Shown in pieces: positions 11,790-25,400 of a DNA stretch of 64,000 nt. The stretch is from Podarcis vaucheri (Eukaryota): NCBI GenBank assembly GCA_965113315.1, contig OZ220364.1, one strand, 5' to 3'. The notes under the pieces are model-generated. The model searched no databases. It saw only the letters and a program-made list of their open reading frames with translations, and was not told where the DNA came from. Made by a program: the position numbers and the translations under genes. The first letter of the stretch is position 1; each line of letters opens with the position of its first letter.

Positions 11790-13060
11790 TTGGCTTCTTG
11801 GCTTTGTTGGGTTCCACAAAGCTCCATTCTGCCCCCAAGCTATTTAACATCTATATGAAACTATTGAGCACTCCCATCTGGGGATTTGGAGCATGGCACC
11901 ATCAGTTCTACCCAGTGCTTTTCCCCCCCTAAAAAAATGTTTCGGGGTACTCTCATTTTGACTCAAGAAAATCAGCATTTTTTAGTTCAAATCGGGGGAA
12001 ATAAATACAGTAAATAGACAAAAGTACAAAGGTTCACAAAATGTTTAGAGGTATGCGTACCCCTAGAAAAGAAAGCACTGGTTCTACCTCTCCATTTCAT
12101 CAGAATCCAGAGAGGCTTTGAAGATGTTGGACAGGTGTCTGGAGGCTGTGATGGATTGGATGGGGCACAAAATTAAACCGAGGCCGAATCCTGATAAGAC
12201 AGAAGTACTGTGGTTGATTGGTTTCCGGATCTGGGAAATAGATGCACAACCTGTTCTGGGAGGGGGTGCACTTCCCCTGAAGGAACAGCTTCATAGTTTG
12301 GGAGTATTCTTGGAATCCAATTTGTCACTGGAGTATCAAATGGCTTCTTTGACTAGGAGTGCTTATGCCCACCTTAGGTGGATTCTCCAGCTATGGCCAT
12401 TCCTGGGATCAGACTAACCTGGCCTCAGTTGTCCATGTTCTGGTGACCTCCTGTTTGGATTCCTGTAATGCACTGTATGTGATGCAGCCCTTGAAGATGA
12501 TCTGGAGGCTGCAACTAGTGCAAGATACAGCTGCGAGGTTGGTAATGGGGCAGCCCAATGGGACCATGTGTCACGAGCCCTGAAAGCACTGCACTGGCTG
12601 CTAGTGAGCCTTAATTCAAGGTGTTAGTACTAGCACACAAAGCCCTAAATGGCTTGGGACCCAAATACCTAAAAAGGCACCTTCCCCAGTATCAACCATC
12701 CTAGATCCTGCAGTCAGCAGGTGAGGTGTACTTGGTGGTGCCACCACTGATGTGGACCTGTGACAGGGGCTTTTCAGTGGTGGTTCCTCGTTTGTTAATG
12801 TCCTCCCTGATGAGGTGAGCCTACCTCCCTCAGTATTAACTTTCAGGAAGAGCTTGAAAACACTGTTGTTTACTCACGCATTTGATATCCGAAGGACACT
12901 GTTCCTGGCAACCCTGAGATCACTGCATGAGACAATGTTTTGACTGTAACTGTTTTACACAATCCAGCTGTAACTGTTTTTAAGAGTGCTTTTTTAAAAG
13001 TTGCTTCATTGAGAGGGTGTGATATTTATTAATTAATTAGTTAATTAATTAATTAATTAA
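11790..13060 (+). mobile_element. Decayed L2 LINE 3' part (RT to tail), interrupted by a MITE
   Basis: Remnants of VPQSSILPPxLFNIYMK, LDRCLEAVMDWM...PNPDKTEVLW, LDSCNALY...LQLVQDTAARL and LHWL. Ends in a T-rich UTR and a (TTAA)n tail at 13028-13060. Confidence 0.85.
11913..12080. mobile_element. hAT MITE (168 bp) nested in the L2
   Basis: TIR CAGTGCTTT/AAAGCACTG with a perfect 8-bp TSD GTTCTACC at 11905-11912 and 12081-12088. Confidence 0.9.
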
Positions 13061-16000
13061 GGCTACATTGAATACAACCCAGATTGTAAGGGAAGGGATA
13101 GCTAAATTGGCCTCACTGCGTCCGGCCCATTGCAGAGTAGATTTGTGGACCCATTGACACAATAAAACTGCAGGTAATACAAAATAAGAACTTCTAACGA
13201 CGTCCCTGTGTCCTTTTAAACATTAAGTGCCTTGATTTCAAAATTCAGTCTGCTGCTCAAAAGGCAGCCAGCAGGAAGAGCGTGGGGTGGCTGGGGGCCA
13301 AACTACACATGACTTTAGTTGTGCAGGTCTCATTTTAAGTGCACGACTCTTGGTTTATTTACATGAATTGCCAGCACAATGACCCTGATCTGTTTTGGGA
13401 CCCTAGCATGGAAGTCCTTTGTCCTTCTATGGACTTAGTCCAGGTTGGGCCTCCCACAGTTTTGATTTGCATAGAGAAATTGAGGTCCCCCCCTTAAGTG
13501 CAAAGGACCTGTTCGGGATCAGTTCCACAAAGGAGGTAAAGAGTTAAAGCCCACCCACCCCATCCAGGTGTACCAGTCTGGATCAGGACCCCCACTCTGG
13601 TAATTTTTGTGAAAGTAAACTAAACCCCCTGCACTTAAAAAGCAGCTACATAGCTCAGGTGATACGGAGTTATGGTCCTGAATTTGCTACAGCAGCTGAA
13701 ATGAAGAGGCCAATTGGTATGGAATGCAGTTGGAACGACTTTTCTCGGTCAACATGGATGGGGACAGCCTTCAAATGTAAGGTTGGGGGAGAGTCATCAT
13801 GAGATGCATTTTGATCAAGACACAACATTTAAACGAAGAAGACTTTGTTGGCAGTTTGTCAAGAGCCCCAGGCTGTACCTCGCAAACTTCAAAAGGAGAC
13901 CCTTTGGGCTTTTCCTTTGGAGAATGTCAAGCAGATGACAGCCACCCTTGTCTTTGGAGTACCTCTTTGTGATTCCACAGTGGTGCGCCTCTGTCCTGAC
14001 TCCGGGTATTTTCCCATCCCCTTTTTTTTCAGTTACAGGGAAGTTGAATGTTGTTGGTTCCTCACTTTGCCCAGCGAAAAAAGCTGCATTAGTCTTGGAG
14101 GCAAAATCACCTGCAGTTTCTTCCGCTCTGAAAGATGCGTCCTACACAGACAAGTGTGCCTTTTTCTCACTGTGTGTAATGCTCCCAGGAGGCTCAACGG
14201 AGCAACATTGTCAAGCCAAGAAACAGCTGGACCACACAGAACTAAAAATAAAAAGACAATGAAGCTGCACATACAGCCTGTGCAGCTGACTGTGGAATGA
14301 ATTCTCCAAAGACATTGAAGCTAGGAGTATTGACTTAGTCGGCATGTCTTAGCTCCCCTCCATTATTTTTGGCACCAAGCTGAGCATTTAGTCCAAGTTC
14401 CCAGCTGTAACTACTGGATCAACCAAGCCTTTTTATCCTCTCACCTAACTTAGAGAATGTATGGATTTCTGACATACTCCCACCTACCATTTGACATTTC
14501 AGAGATGAAAATAGGAATACTCCTAGAACATGTAAAAGATGGATGCAGAAGATTGATGGCCTAGGAAGAAAGAGTCAGTATTTGGATGTCATTCATTCCA
14601 CATTTTCAAATAGGCTAACATAGTTCACAGTTACAAATGGTCTGGAAGAAAATTCATAATCAGATTGTGCACCTTGAATTTGTATGCTAGTTTTTTGATT
14701 TATTTAAAAAAAGGGGGGAATGCGGAGAAAAGCACACAAAATGCATATGTTAAGGAGGAAATGCATGCAAAAAATCTAGAGCAAAGTGCATGCAGATCCT
14801 GCTAACCACATGCTTGCTATCCCAAAATTCAGTCATCTGCAGGTAAAGAATTATGCCGGAACCTTGTTACACGCTCTGCAGATTCAGATATCCAAACCAC
14901 CAACCTCCATAACTCCTTGTTTGTTTGTGCTTCGCTGGTCAGTGACATCCATTTTTAGGCAAAAACCACAGAGAGAGGGAGTGGAGAGCAAGTCCCACAT
15001 TAGAAATATTTCCATAGAAAATAATGGAAATTGTGGGCTCGTTATATGAACAAGCGGGACCTGTGTATGCTAACAAAAACTCCTACATTTAAAATTCATC
15101 TCCTCCCCGTGGTTAAAAAAAAACCAAAGAAAATGTGATGGAACGGATTTAGGATTGAAGGCATTTGGAGCTGAAATAGGCTGATCCATCCATCCTCGGT
15201 TCTGAGCACATCTATCAGTGTGCCTTCATGCCTGGACTAATTCTTCTCCCTAAAAGGAGTGCTATTGAGCAATTCTGGTTTGGAAGTGATATATGGGCAA
15301 TATTCCAAAATGAGAAAAGAGCTCCTGTAATACTTCTTGCTTTCAAAATAAATGTAATCAAATAGAATGGCACATCTATCATTCAAAGCAAATACATTTT
15401 GATCAGCACAAACACTTTATTATGCCAGCAGGGTAAAAAAAGGAGCAAGCACCTCAAGAAATTCAAGAACAACAAGATGGGAAACTATCTAATGTATTCT
15501 GTTGTTATAAAATAATTGAAACAATAACATTGGCTATCCCCAGGATGCCTATAAGGAAATCATTGCTGACATGAGCAAATGGGGTCTGTTGGAATGGATG
15601 TGTCCACATTAAAGTTAGGTCCAAAGCTTCTTTTTATTGCTGCAACTGCTATATACTGGGAAGCGTCTGGTAAGGTTGTTTCAAACTCAGGTCCCATAGA
15701 TTAGATTTTTGCTGAGGGTTGCAGTCTGTTTCAGATTGGTGCCATCCCTCTCTTCCTGCATTTTGGAATACACAAAGAAGGAACTGTAGTTTGGGCATAG
15801 TAGGACATGATGGGCTTCTTAACACAGAAGTGCCCAAGATTGCTAAATCAGGGTTCATAACCAGGTGTGCAACTTTTCTGTTTGAATTTATTGTTCAGGT
15901 AGATGGAATCCCGGGGTGCCTTGAACTTGCACCCTTGCTTCTTATTTCAAGACACTATGTGCTTGCTGTTAATTTTGCTTACTGCTGCATTGTTGGCACA

Positions 16001-16409
16001 ATCAGGTATCTCAAAGTGAGAAAGAAATGTGTCCAGAGTGCCCTAATCTGGGAATCTTTTTTTTTTGCAATTGACTCACATCAGTCTTTGGTTAAACTCC
16101 TGGAATGTGTTAAGAAAACAAGTTAGTACATTAGTTGCTATCATCAGTTTTCCCCTGAAATAATAGTGTAGGTAAGCCCACTGCAATTTGTCTTAATTTA
16201 GGTTATATCATGGAAGTATCATTCAAATTATCTTCAGGTGTATGTGTGTGTGTGCATGCGCAAGCAAGGCATTTAAGTCCTTGGGCTGTATTCCCCGTAG
16301 GAGCCGGCTGACCTTTTTGTTCTCCAAAGACTTGCAGAAAAATTTACCCCATTCCATATAAACTCTCATTTGTGTAAAATGCTCAGAGCATTTCAAGTTG
16401 AGATATAAT

Positions 16410-16599
16410 GGGGCTGCCATGCATATCCGGGATCATCCATCAGAAATAGTGTATGGGTGGAATTTCCGAAAATCGTAAAATTGTCTGAGATGTTGTATGT
16501 CGGAAGTGTTTATTAATTGGCAAAGTTCCTTTAAAAATGGCAAAAAGCTCAATAACTTATGTGTCTGGATTTTCAATTTTTGAAATATGGTAACCCCTA
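16410..16599. mobile_element. hAT (Tip100/Blackjack-like) MITE remnant
   Basis: Termini GGGGCTGCCAT...ATGGTAACCCC, with internal TCCGG repeats. Confidence 0.5.
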
Positions 16600-17699
16600 G
16601 ATCTGATCAATCCATTTGTTAGATTGGTAACATTTTTCATTGACTATACATTAATCCACACATGCTCATTGGTTATTTCTCCGGCCACATCTGTAAGATC
16701 AGTACTCAAGATTCCAGGTAAAGTTTCTTTAAAAAGGAGTTATCCCAAACTGGGAGGGAGGCACATAAAATGTACTGGTCTGTTCCTTCGCAATCTCCGA
16801 TCATGTGACCAAGTTGAAGTTACAGTGCAGTGTTCAAGTTCTGATCCCACAGTAACACATGTGCATGACCATCAAGTGTGTGAAATGTCCCTTCACTCAC
16901 AATAATATTCAAATTTTGCCACAAGAGTAATGGAGCAGTGATTGAAATAACTCTGTAAACACGCCCAAGCAAAAGGGAAAGTAGGTTTACTGGCCCTGCT
17001 CTTGCCCTTATTTTTAGAGGTGAAGGGATTAAAAAACAACAACTAAGGAAGGAGAAGGATTACAGGGGCTCCTGCTGAAGCCTTTAAGATGCCAAAGAGA
17101 GAAGCTTTGATTTTCTTTTTCACCCTCAGTCCTGACAAGTCCCAGTCAATGCCTGCTCTGGGAGCAAGGATCTCCCTAGGGAAAGCTCACCTCCCACATT
17201 AAGACCTGCTGCTCCACCAAGAGCCCCAAGGGATACACTTGCCTCAAGGAATTTTTATTCTTTTCTCTCTTTTTTGCTGTTCTTTTAATTCAGTCTCCAG
17301 TCACTTCTGTTTCACAGAACAGCCAAGAGTGGGTCTGCTGTGAAGCTGGCCTGCTTCAACCACAGCAGTAGAGGAAAGAAATGACAGGTTGTTAGTCCTG
17401 GCTATGGTCCTAGTGTATTTTATAATTATTCTGCAGGCATGCGTATAGGGGGAAGTGGATTATTCTATGAGGTAAACTAATCATCAGCTGTTCTGTTGGC
17501 TCTTGCATTACAGCACCCTGAAGGTGTTGTTTCAGACACCAGTAAATCTGGAATGGAAACAAAAATGAGGCGGGGTGGGGAGGTTTTGGAAGCCATAAAG
17601 CTTTTCTGCGGCTGTTCTGTGAGCACAGTTCCCTAGCTGCCAGTGTCAAAGTCAAGAGGGATACATAGGGATGTAAGAGACTGCTGATGGTAACAGAAA

Positions 17700-17860
17700 T
17701 GAACCCTCCCCATTTTATCCTCACAGCAACTCTGTGAGGGTAGGTTAGGCTGAGAGTGAGTGGCTGGCCCCAGGATACCAAGTGTGCTTTGTGACTGAAT
17801 GGGTATTTGAACCCTGGTCCCCCAGGTCTTAGTGTAATACTCTAAACAATACATCACACT
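17700..17860 (-). mobile_element. tRNA/CORE-type SINE (Squam2/MIR-like)
   Basis: cattttatcctcacagcaactctgtgagg...ggttaggctgagag...atttgaaccctggtc. A second copy lies at 47755-47952. Confidence 0.7.
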
Positions 17861-17869
17861 CACTCTCTA

Positions 17870-18218
17870 CCTAATTTGTACTTCCTTAACCGAAGCCAAA
17901 TTGCAGCTAGACTTAGAAATTCACACTTCTCCAAATCTCGTGAAGTGGTTTTCCACACAAAAATGCACTTATTTGGGGGGGGGGAGGGTGTACAAAACAT
18001 ATTAAGAGAAATTGCTTGCTGAAATGCATATATTAGGAAAAAAATGCATACAAAAAGACACGTATTAGGAGAAATCAGCACAAAAAATGCTTATGGCTTT
18101 GTGTGACTTTTTAAAAGGAAAAAAAATCAACTCGATGCAGAAAGGGGGTCAACTGAACTTAAAGTTGGAAAAATTGGGAAACTGAAATAAACTGAAATCA
18201 ACCGATTTATCCATCCCT
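17870..18218. mobile_element. AT-rich DNA-transposon-derived repeat ending in CATCCCT
   Basis: aaatgcatatattagg-type internal subrepeats. A reverse-orientation relative lies at ~61455-61848 and fragments at ~14690-14790. Confidence 0.5.
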
Positions 18219-19217
18219 TCTCTGGATATACACCTTTGACAGTGCAATCCTACCTTCTGGTTGTGGCAGTCTGGTGAAAGCAACCTGAGACATAGCTACC
18301 ATGTTCTGCTCCTGGGGGTGTGGCCTCTCCCACTTTGCAGACTGGTGGATGTGGGATTTTTAGGAGTAAAAATAAGTTGATGTTTTAATGTGCATGATGT
18401 GGGTTGGTGTGACACCATGCTGTAGATTTGGTACATTTTTGTAAAAAAAAAAACCTAACCAAAACACACCTGCTATGTGTAAGTAGCATGCATATTTTCT
18501 TCAGTACTGGCTTGCTAACCAAATCCCTGATTATAGGGATGATCTGCCTATCTCCTGACTTTGCGTTTATTCTAGTTGGTTTCACCTTTGCTTGACTGTA
18601 TCGAACAATGTTATTGTAATCAAGGCTTTCCCAGAGTTGTGTTTGTCAAATCCTAATAAAACATTGCAACCTAGCATAGTTCTTTGGAAGATGATCAGCA
18701 CTTTGTAAAATGCTTGCAAAGGAGGTCAGCTATCTTGCACAGTATGTGAAGTGCAAATTACTATGGTTACGATCCAGAAAGTTAAGCAGTTTTGCATTCT
18801 GTTTCAGTGGATTTATTTTACATCCATAGGCTTGAAAAAGTGCTTAACTGTGGATGAATTGCACCCTAGGCAGCCACTGCCATCATTACTGCTGCTTACT
18901 GCCCTGGGAATCTGTTGAAGGGTAGGCTACAATCTTGTAAACAAATATACTGATTTTAAACGTTTTTATTCCACCTTTGGAGATTTATAAATATCTATTA
19001 TAGCCAAGGCAGCTCACACATACAAAAAAATACCTTACAAATGCTTTGCTTAGATCCAGTGAGAGTCATTCAAGGTCCTTAGTAAATGTTTTCTAGAATT
19101 TGAACAGCTAATATCAAGACTCCTTATCAGTTGAATCCTTTGCCTCTCTACTCAAAAGTAACTGCCATTGAGTTCAATGGGCTCACTCACAGGTAAGTTT
19201 GTATAGAATTGCAGCCT

Positions 19218-19540
19218 TTATTTATCTGTTTGTAGAACTTTTATATACCTTTCTTAATGCATATCCTAGGGTGGTTCACAATAAAAAAATACACTGTATT
19301 TTATTTTAATTGTGAAACTACCACTGCATATGTACGAAGCAAAATACAAGAGACATGAAAAGCACTTAAAAATGACAAAGTGAGCTATACATCAGCTTTT
19401 AAAAAATATTAAAAACATTTAAAGCCTGGGGAAATAGAAAATCTTTTTGCCTGGCACCTAAAATATAATGGAAAAGGCGCCAGCCATGCTTCTTTATAAC
19501 CAGGTTACCACAGTTTAAAACGCCCCCTCCTTGGTTAACG
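19218..19540 (-). mobile_element. L2 LINE 3' end fragment
   Basis: ttatttat tail, agggtggttcacaa stem remnant, then aaagcctggggaaatag...tttttgcctggcacctaaa...ggcgccag. Confidence 0.55.
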
Positions 19541-20087
19541 CCGTAACACTTCCACAATGAACAGGTATGGTTGTGAGATCTTCATTGCTTTGAGGGGGGA
19601 AGCAGAGGAACTCTCCCTTTCTTTCACTTGGGGGGCATTTGTTACTATAGTGCTGGGGGATCAAAGCAGCTCCCCAAATAAGTGCCCACAGATCCTTGTG
19701 GCTCCTGGCTTTAAGATCAGTGTCTCTTGAATGCTTGCTGTCGTGCTCCTCAGAAATGAACCACGCAGGTTCACCGATCAATTGCCTTTCCTTCTTGTAT
19801 GTGGCATAGGTAAGCTGATACCTTTTGTTTGGCAACAGAAGTAGGTCAAGTTAAAGTTTCACTTTACTGGCTGCATAGCTCATTCTTTGACACCTAAGCA
19901 ATGGTGCTTTCCTGCACCTTCTGTAGGTGAAGCACAATCTTCTCGATTCCGTTTTAAAAGACACATTGCTTTGAAAGCATGTGTCTTCTTTCGCAGAAGC
20001 ATGTCAGGTGCATTTGCTGCAGCCAGAGGCTGAGTTTAAATTCAGCAGCCTTCATTTGATTGTTTGCAGAAAGCTCAGGTATTCCTC

Positions 20088-20192
20088 AGGAAGCTGCCTT
20101 ATACTGAGTCAGGTCCATTGGTCTAACTAGCTCTGGACTGCCTACACTGACTGGCAGCCACTCTCTAGAGTTTCGGGCAGGAGCTCCTTCCC
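20088..20192 (-). mobile_element. Squam3-like SINE, 3' half
   Basis: aggaagctgccttatactgagtcagg...ctacactgactggcagc is the reverse complement of the 3' part of the copy at 20832. Confidence 0.75.
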
Positions 20193-20831
20193 ACTTAACA
20201 TCATTGTGAATCACAAATGTCCCTGTTGCACATTAACTGATGCAAAATGGTTTTGACAGGCAGGGCAAAGCAGAAACAGAGCTCTTGGTGATGCTTTCAG
20301 TAGGTTGTCAATCATTCACACCAGAGAGCGCTTCCCACAGGAAAAAGAAAATTAGATTTTCATCCACGCTGGGGTCACCCGGAGCAACTCCACTGAAGTG
20401 CCACCAGTGTCAGTAGATCCACGTTGGTAAAGCACAGTTTACCCCCCACAGAACTACAATTCCCAGCACTCTTCACAAGTAACAGTTCCCATGATTCTTT
20501 TTTGGCGGGGGAGGGGTGTGTTTTATATGTATGATGTGGATGTGACTTAATTTGCAAGGGTGGACAGGAGGACATTCATTAGATGGGATGACTCCTCCCA
20601 CAATTTCCATTTTTTCCTTGAGAACAGGAAAGTGACCACAGCTAATTTGTGTGAGTCTTAAATTGTAAAGGCCTGCTGCAGAAAGTGAGTCTGCAACCAA
20701 ATGTTTTTGTGAAAATTAGAAGAAGGCAGGTAAAAGCAGGGCGGGGTTTAGCATTGCAAGCATGTTCCTACTGTACACTAGAGGTTATTAGCAATGTTGC
20801 TTTAAGAATGGCCTGGTGAGGTCTGATTTGA

Positions 20832-21027
20832 AGGGAAATGGTTGTAGCTCAGTGGCAGAAGATGTACTCTATATGCATATCCCACTATATCCAATCCCTA
20901 ACATTTCCAGGTAGGGCTAGAACTGCTAGCTAAAGTTCTGCAGAATCACTTCTAGTCAGTATAGAAAAACTGAGCTGGATGTACCAGTTGTCTGATTCAC
21001 CATCAGGCAGCTTTTCATATTCCTATG
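20832..21027 (+). mobile_element. Squam3-like tRNA-derived SINE, full length, diverged
   Basis: A box gtagctcagtggcag, body ccaggtagggct...agtcagtatag...actgagctggatg, tail ggcagcttttcatattcctatg. Confidence 0.75.
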
Positions 21028-21795
21028 GTATGTGAATAAGTAGATCTTCCTTGACTTCAGTTTAGCTAGGGATCTGTGGGTTAGAGTTTTGGGATTTTTG
21101 AAAAAGGGCATTTGAGAAACTGGGGCTTGTGTATTGGTGCTCAGTAATATAAATTTGCATAAACTCCCATCTGTTGGGTACATCTGGCTATACACAGTTA
21201 AATCTGAAAATGTTGGGAGGGAAATAAACGGATTATCTAAAATATTGTGCCAAGATTGTGGCCTACCCTTCTTCAGAAGATTTAATCCTTTAGGAGTACT
21301 ACAGTAAATGCAAAAGTGTGAATCTGAGTTCCCCCCTTGTTTTACTGTTTATGAGGACCGTGTTTTTCCATAGCAACAGCATTTCATTAGTGTGATCAGC
21401 TAACTGATTTCTAGATCGTTTACTTGCCATGGATGTCTGATTAGAAAGGTTGCTTTTTATTTTTCTATTAGGCAGTTGTTAGTGGTTGCTCACACCTCAC
21501 ACATCTTGGTGCATTGTCGTTTTGAGGAAACCAGGTGATGTGGAATCTAGTAAACCTGTGATGAGTTAAGCTAAGCACAACCTGCAAAACTCTTGCTTTG
21601 CAGGAGGTAGGAAAAAAATGACCAGCTGTGAAATGGGACAATTTTGAAGAGAGGATGAGCCAAAATGGTTGAACATGTGCTGAACCTCTTTCTATCAGTG
21701 AAATTAATGGCAGGTCCTGCAGTTCAGAAGAGTATCTCAGGGACAGTAGGATGCATCAGATCTCCTACTTTGAGGGTGAAGAGAAAGCTCTGGCC

Positions 21796-21930
21796 CAGGC
21801 ATAGGCAATCTCAACCCTCCAGAAGTTTTGAGACTACAACTCCCATGATCCCTAGCTAACAGAACCAGTGGTCAGAGATGATCGAATTGTAGTCCCAAAA
21901 CATCTGGAGGGCCAAGTTTGCCTATGCCTT
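21796..21930. mobile_element. Palindromic hAT MITE (135 bp)
   Basis: Same core as the 9397 copy. Perfect TSD CTCTGGCC at 21788-21795 and 21931-21938. Confidence 0.9.
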
Positions 21931-22353
21931 CTCTGGCCTCAGAGAGATTGACCCAGTGTCAAATTTCTGCTCCCTGACAATCCTGGCTTGTTGATGTCAG
22001 AATTCCACCATCAGTATAGCCAAAAATAGAGTGTTCTGTGAGTGGTCTTGACGCATGCCTCAGTGGGATTGGAGAAAGGCATGGCTCTAAAAGGATCCAT
22101 TGCCTTCCTAGTTGCCCAACATACCTTCAAACCAAGGAACAAGCTACTTCAGTCCTGGAGCTAGTATAGTTTCTTCCCTTTTATTTCCTCCTCTTGGAAA
22201 CAGGTTTTTGGAAAGAACAGAAGAGTACAAGAACAGTTTTCAAGTTACTGAGAAGTCTTACTCCCCGCCTCCCCGTTTCCTTGGAGTAACCTCTATTGAA
22301 CTCAGTGGGGCTTACTTCTGAGTAGGCTTGCATTTTTTTAAAAAGAGGGTGGT

Positions 22354-22491
22354 GTGGGCTAGCCAACATGGTGCTCTCAAGATATTGATGGACTGCAATT
22401 CCCACCAACACCAGCCAATATAACCAATGTTCACAGATGGTGAGAGATGTACTTCAGCAACATATGGAGGGCACTTTGTTGGCTACCCTTG
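22354..22491. mobile_element. Older palindromic hAT MITE (MER3-like)
   Basis: Inverted arms tagccaacatggtgctctc...gagggcactttgttggcta. A similar copy lies at 55372-55500. Confidence 0.55.
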
Positions 22492-25400
22492 GTAAAAAGT
22501 GTTCAGCTTTTGGTTGCATTGGGTCCCAGGTCTTTATCATCTGAAGTTCTTGGTGATGTAAGTACATTTGTTTGCAAACCTGTCGCCATAGTATTAAAGC
22601 AACTGCTCAGCATTTCCCTGCTTTCTACCCACATTGCAGCATTCTTTTAAAAAGCTTCTAGCCCTGCTTAAAAAGAAAGCTTTAGTATTTTAAACTTTGC
22701 TTTCTTATTACGATGACATATGTCCCATCCCATTAAAAGGATTTTGCCTCCCACCTCAGACATTTCTATTATTAAATTACTTAAGACGATTCATCTCTGA
22801 CTGTGCAAATTATATTTTTGATTTGTGTGTGTGTTTAAGAGAGAGAGAGAATTTGAAAACCAGTCGAGAGCTTTGTGCATGCTCCAGTGTACATAAGAAG
22901 CTCTTGCACAAGAGGCATCTTTCATAACAGCAGTGGACAGGATAGTTTGGCACATTTATCCCTTTGTGCACACAGAGCTGTCTCCTGCATTGAAATAAAT
23001 GCCATTATAATTTAGTATAAGTGTTGTAAGTACAGAGAATGAAGGCTAAGAGATATCTCATGCTTTGATCTTTTTCTTTTTTAATCAAAGGCCGGAATTT
23101 TAAGGTCAAAGATTCAGCCATACCAGCAGATCACACACAGAGATGTAGGGAATGTGCTATTTTTGACAAGCACACAGAGCATAGCAAAGAGAAGCTGAAG
23201 TGGGAGCTTTGGTTAGGAGACAATGGAAGTTAGTTTAGCAGCTGAGCCAGTGTGACTAGGCAATGCTCAGAGGCAGACACAGGGCTCAATTCACAAAGAA
23301 AGTGGGCTGAATATAGTCAAAGGACAGGCTTTTCCCAGCATCTGGATCAGGCAAAATCTTCCACCCACATGTATCTTACACAACCATGATTTTCCATTGC
23401 ACTGCCGCTTCATATTAGCTGAAGCGTACTTTCCTGTACTCTCCCAGTGCCTACAGAGGATGAATCTCCTCTGTGTCCCACTCAGGTTTGTCTATTTTAA
23501 GTCAGTTGGTCAGGGATTATACTCTTTTCCAGGTCCTGTAGCACCTAGCACAACATTGGTATCAATGATTAAAAGTGGCAGCAATAATTTTAAAAATAGT
23601 AAAAATATTATTCCCCTGTTTAATTCATACCTTTATTGTTCTCCCCTTCCTCTGAGCACTCTTGGATGAGACTGATTTTCTAGATCCACAACTAGTGGGG
23701 CTCAGGCCTGAGCATGGAAATGAGACTCCCTTGGTTGATCTGAATTTTGTTGAGTGTGATCCTATTGGTTTTCATTGTCATCTCAGTGTCTTTCAACTCC
23801 ATTGACCATTATCTCTGTCTGGTCTGATGGGAAAAAAGGAAGTGCCAACTGAGCTGAAGTAGATTTGGACACAAAGGCTGTGCTTGGAAAATCCTATGTC
23901 AGCTTATTAAGCCAAGACATGGACAAATCTTTTGACCACACATGTGGTCCTTGGCTGCCTCTTTCAACGTGATTCTCAATTAAGCCATGGTTGGAAGTGA
24001 AGTAGCAAATTCTGGTTTGTGGCATCCAATGGTTTGGGTGAGAACCATTGGCAAACCATGGTTATTTCAGCTTCTCTTCCTGAGGACAGCAGTAGACCTG
24101 TAAATCACATTGCTGAACAAACCAGAAATGAAAGTAGACAAGGAGTTCTAAGCCGTGATCGTCTTATTCATTTGGAACAGTGTTAGAAACTGATATATGA
24201 AAGTTAGGAGCTAAATTACACCTTAAACCTAGGTTATGGGCTCAACCACAAAATGTCTAGGCATGATTTTCTGATAACAAGAATACAAAGCTGAAAATAT
24301 TATGTTCATTTTATACATGGTCTGGTCCTTCCCCTGCTCATCCCCCTAGTATTCTTAAGAGGGTCTCTTCTCGAGTCTTCAGAGAGCAGCTGGAAGTGGT
24401 GAGGTAGAAAAAAGGTCCCCCTTTCCTTCCACTCTGCAGTTTTAATCTGAAATCTTAGGTGCGGTACTGCGCCCAGAGCTCAGAAACTGCTCGCGCTAAT
24501 GAAATTCCCAGTCGCAAAATGTGACTAGAATAATGGGAGTTTGGAACACTGGTTTGGAAGCTCAAACTACGGTTGGGGTTTTAAACTACAGCTAGCACAA
24601 ACTGTTGTGATTGACTTAAGCAAGAGTTTAATGCACGCAAAACTCAGAAGATACTTTTGAAATACCATGCAATCTTTATAAGCAATCTACTGGGAACTGT
24701 AGCTTCTCTCTATATATTTTTAAGCCAGCTGCATTTATTCAGCATACTGGGTGAATGGCAGTTGTATTGGCTAGTCATGACAGGGCAAGTGTTTTGAGAA
24801 GAATTTTTCATTTAAAAAGAATGCAGAATACCAAGGGTGACAAAGGAGTCATCAAAGGAAGTCTGTGCTCCAGCTCTCACACAAGGCCTAGTCTCCGCTC
24901 CTGCTAGAAAACAGAGGATTCTTTCAAGTCAAATAAGAATTCTGTGTTTTCTCTGGCACCAAAATTATTTGAAACTCAAACTTTGATTCTGCAACATAAA
25001 CAGAACTTGAGAAGGTACTCCAGTGTGCCTCTGCGGAAAACCCCCTCCTTTCTCCCTTGACCAACAGGTCTTACTTAAGCTTAGTAACACTCTTTGAATC
25101 GAAACCAGTCAAATGGGTTATATAGAACTCATGAGCAGAGTGAACAAAGCCCCACAGAAGAGCTGGAAATGGATGAGTTTTGTTGAAAAGGAAATGTTTT
25201 CCAGCTAAGCAAGCTGTCATTTGGGACTTAATAGCATGTGCTGCTGTAAAGCACAGCTGCATGGATGCCCTCAATGCCCATGGTGTGAAAACACATGGTG
25301 TGATCAGCAAATAATCTACCACTACCACAGAACTGCTCTGGCACTGTGCTTCAGCTGTTTCTAAAACTCTTGAGTTGTTAAAGGTAAATCCTGTGTCCCT

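Noticed and set aside
12118-12583. ORFs of 99 and 74 aa as a possible domesticated gene
   Set aside because: Frameshifted pieces of a dead L2 ORF2 lacking YADD.
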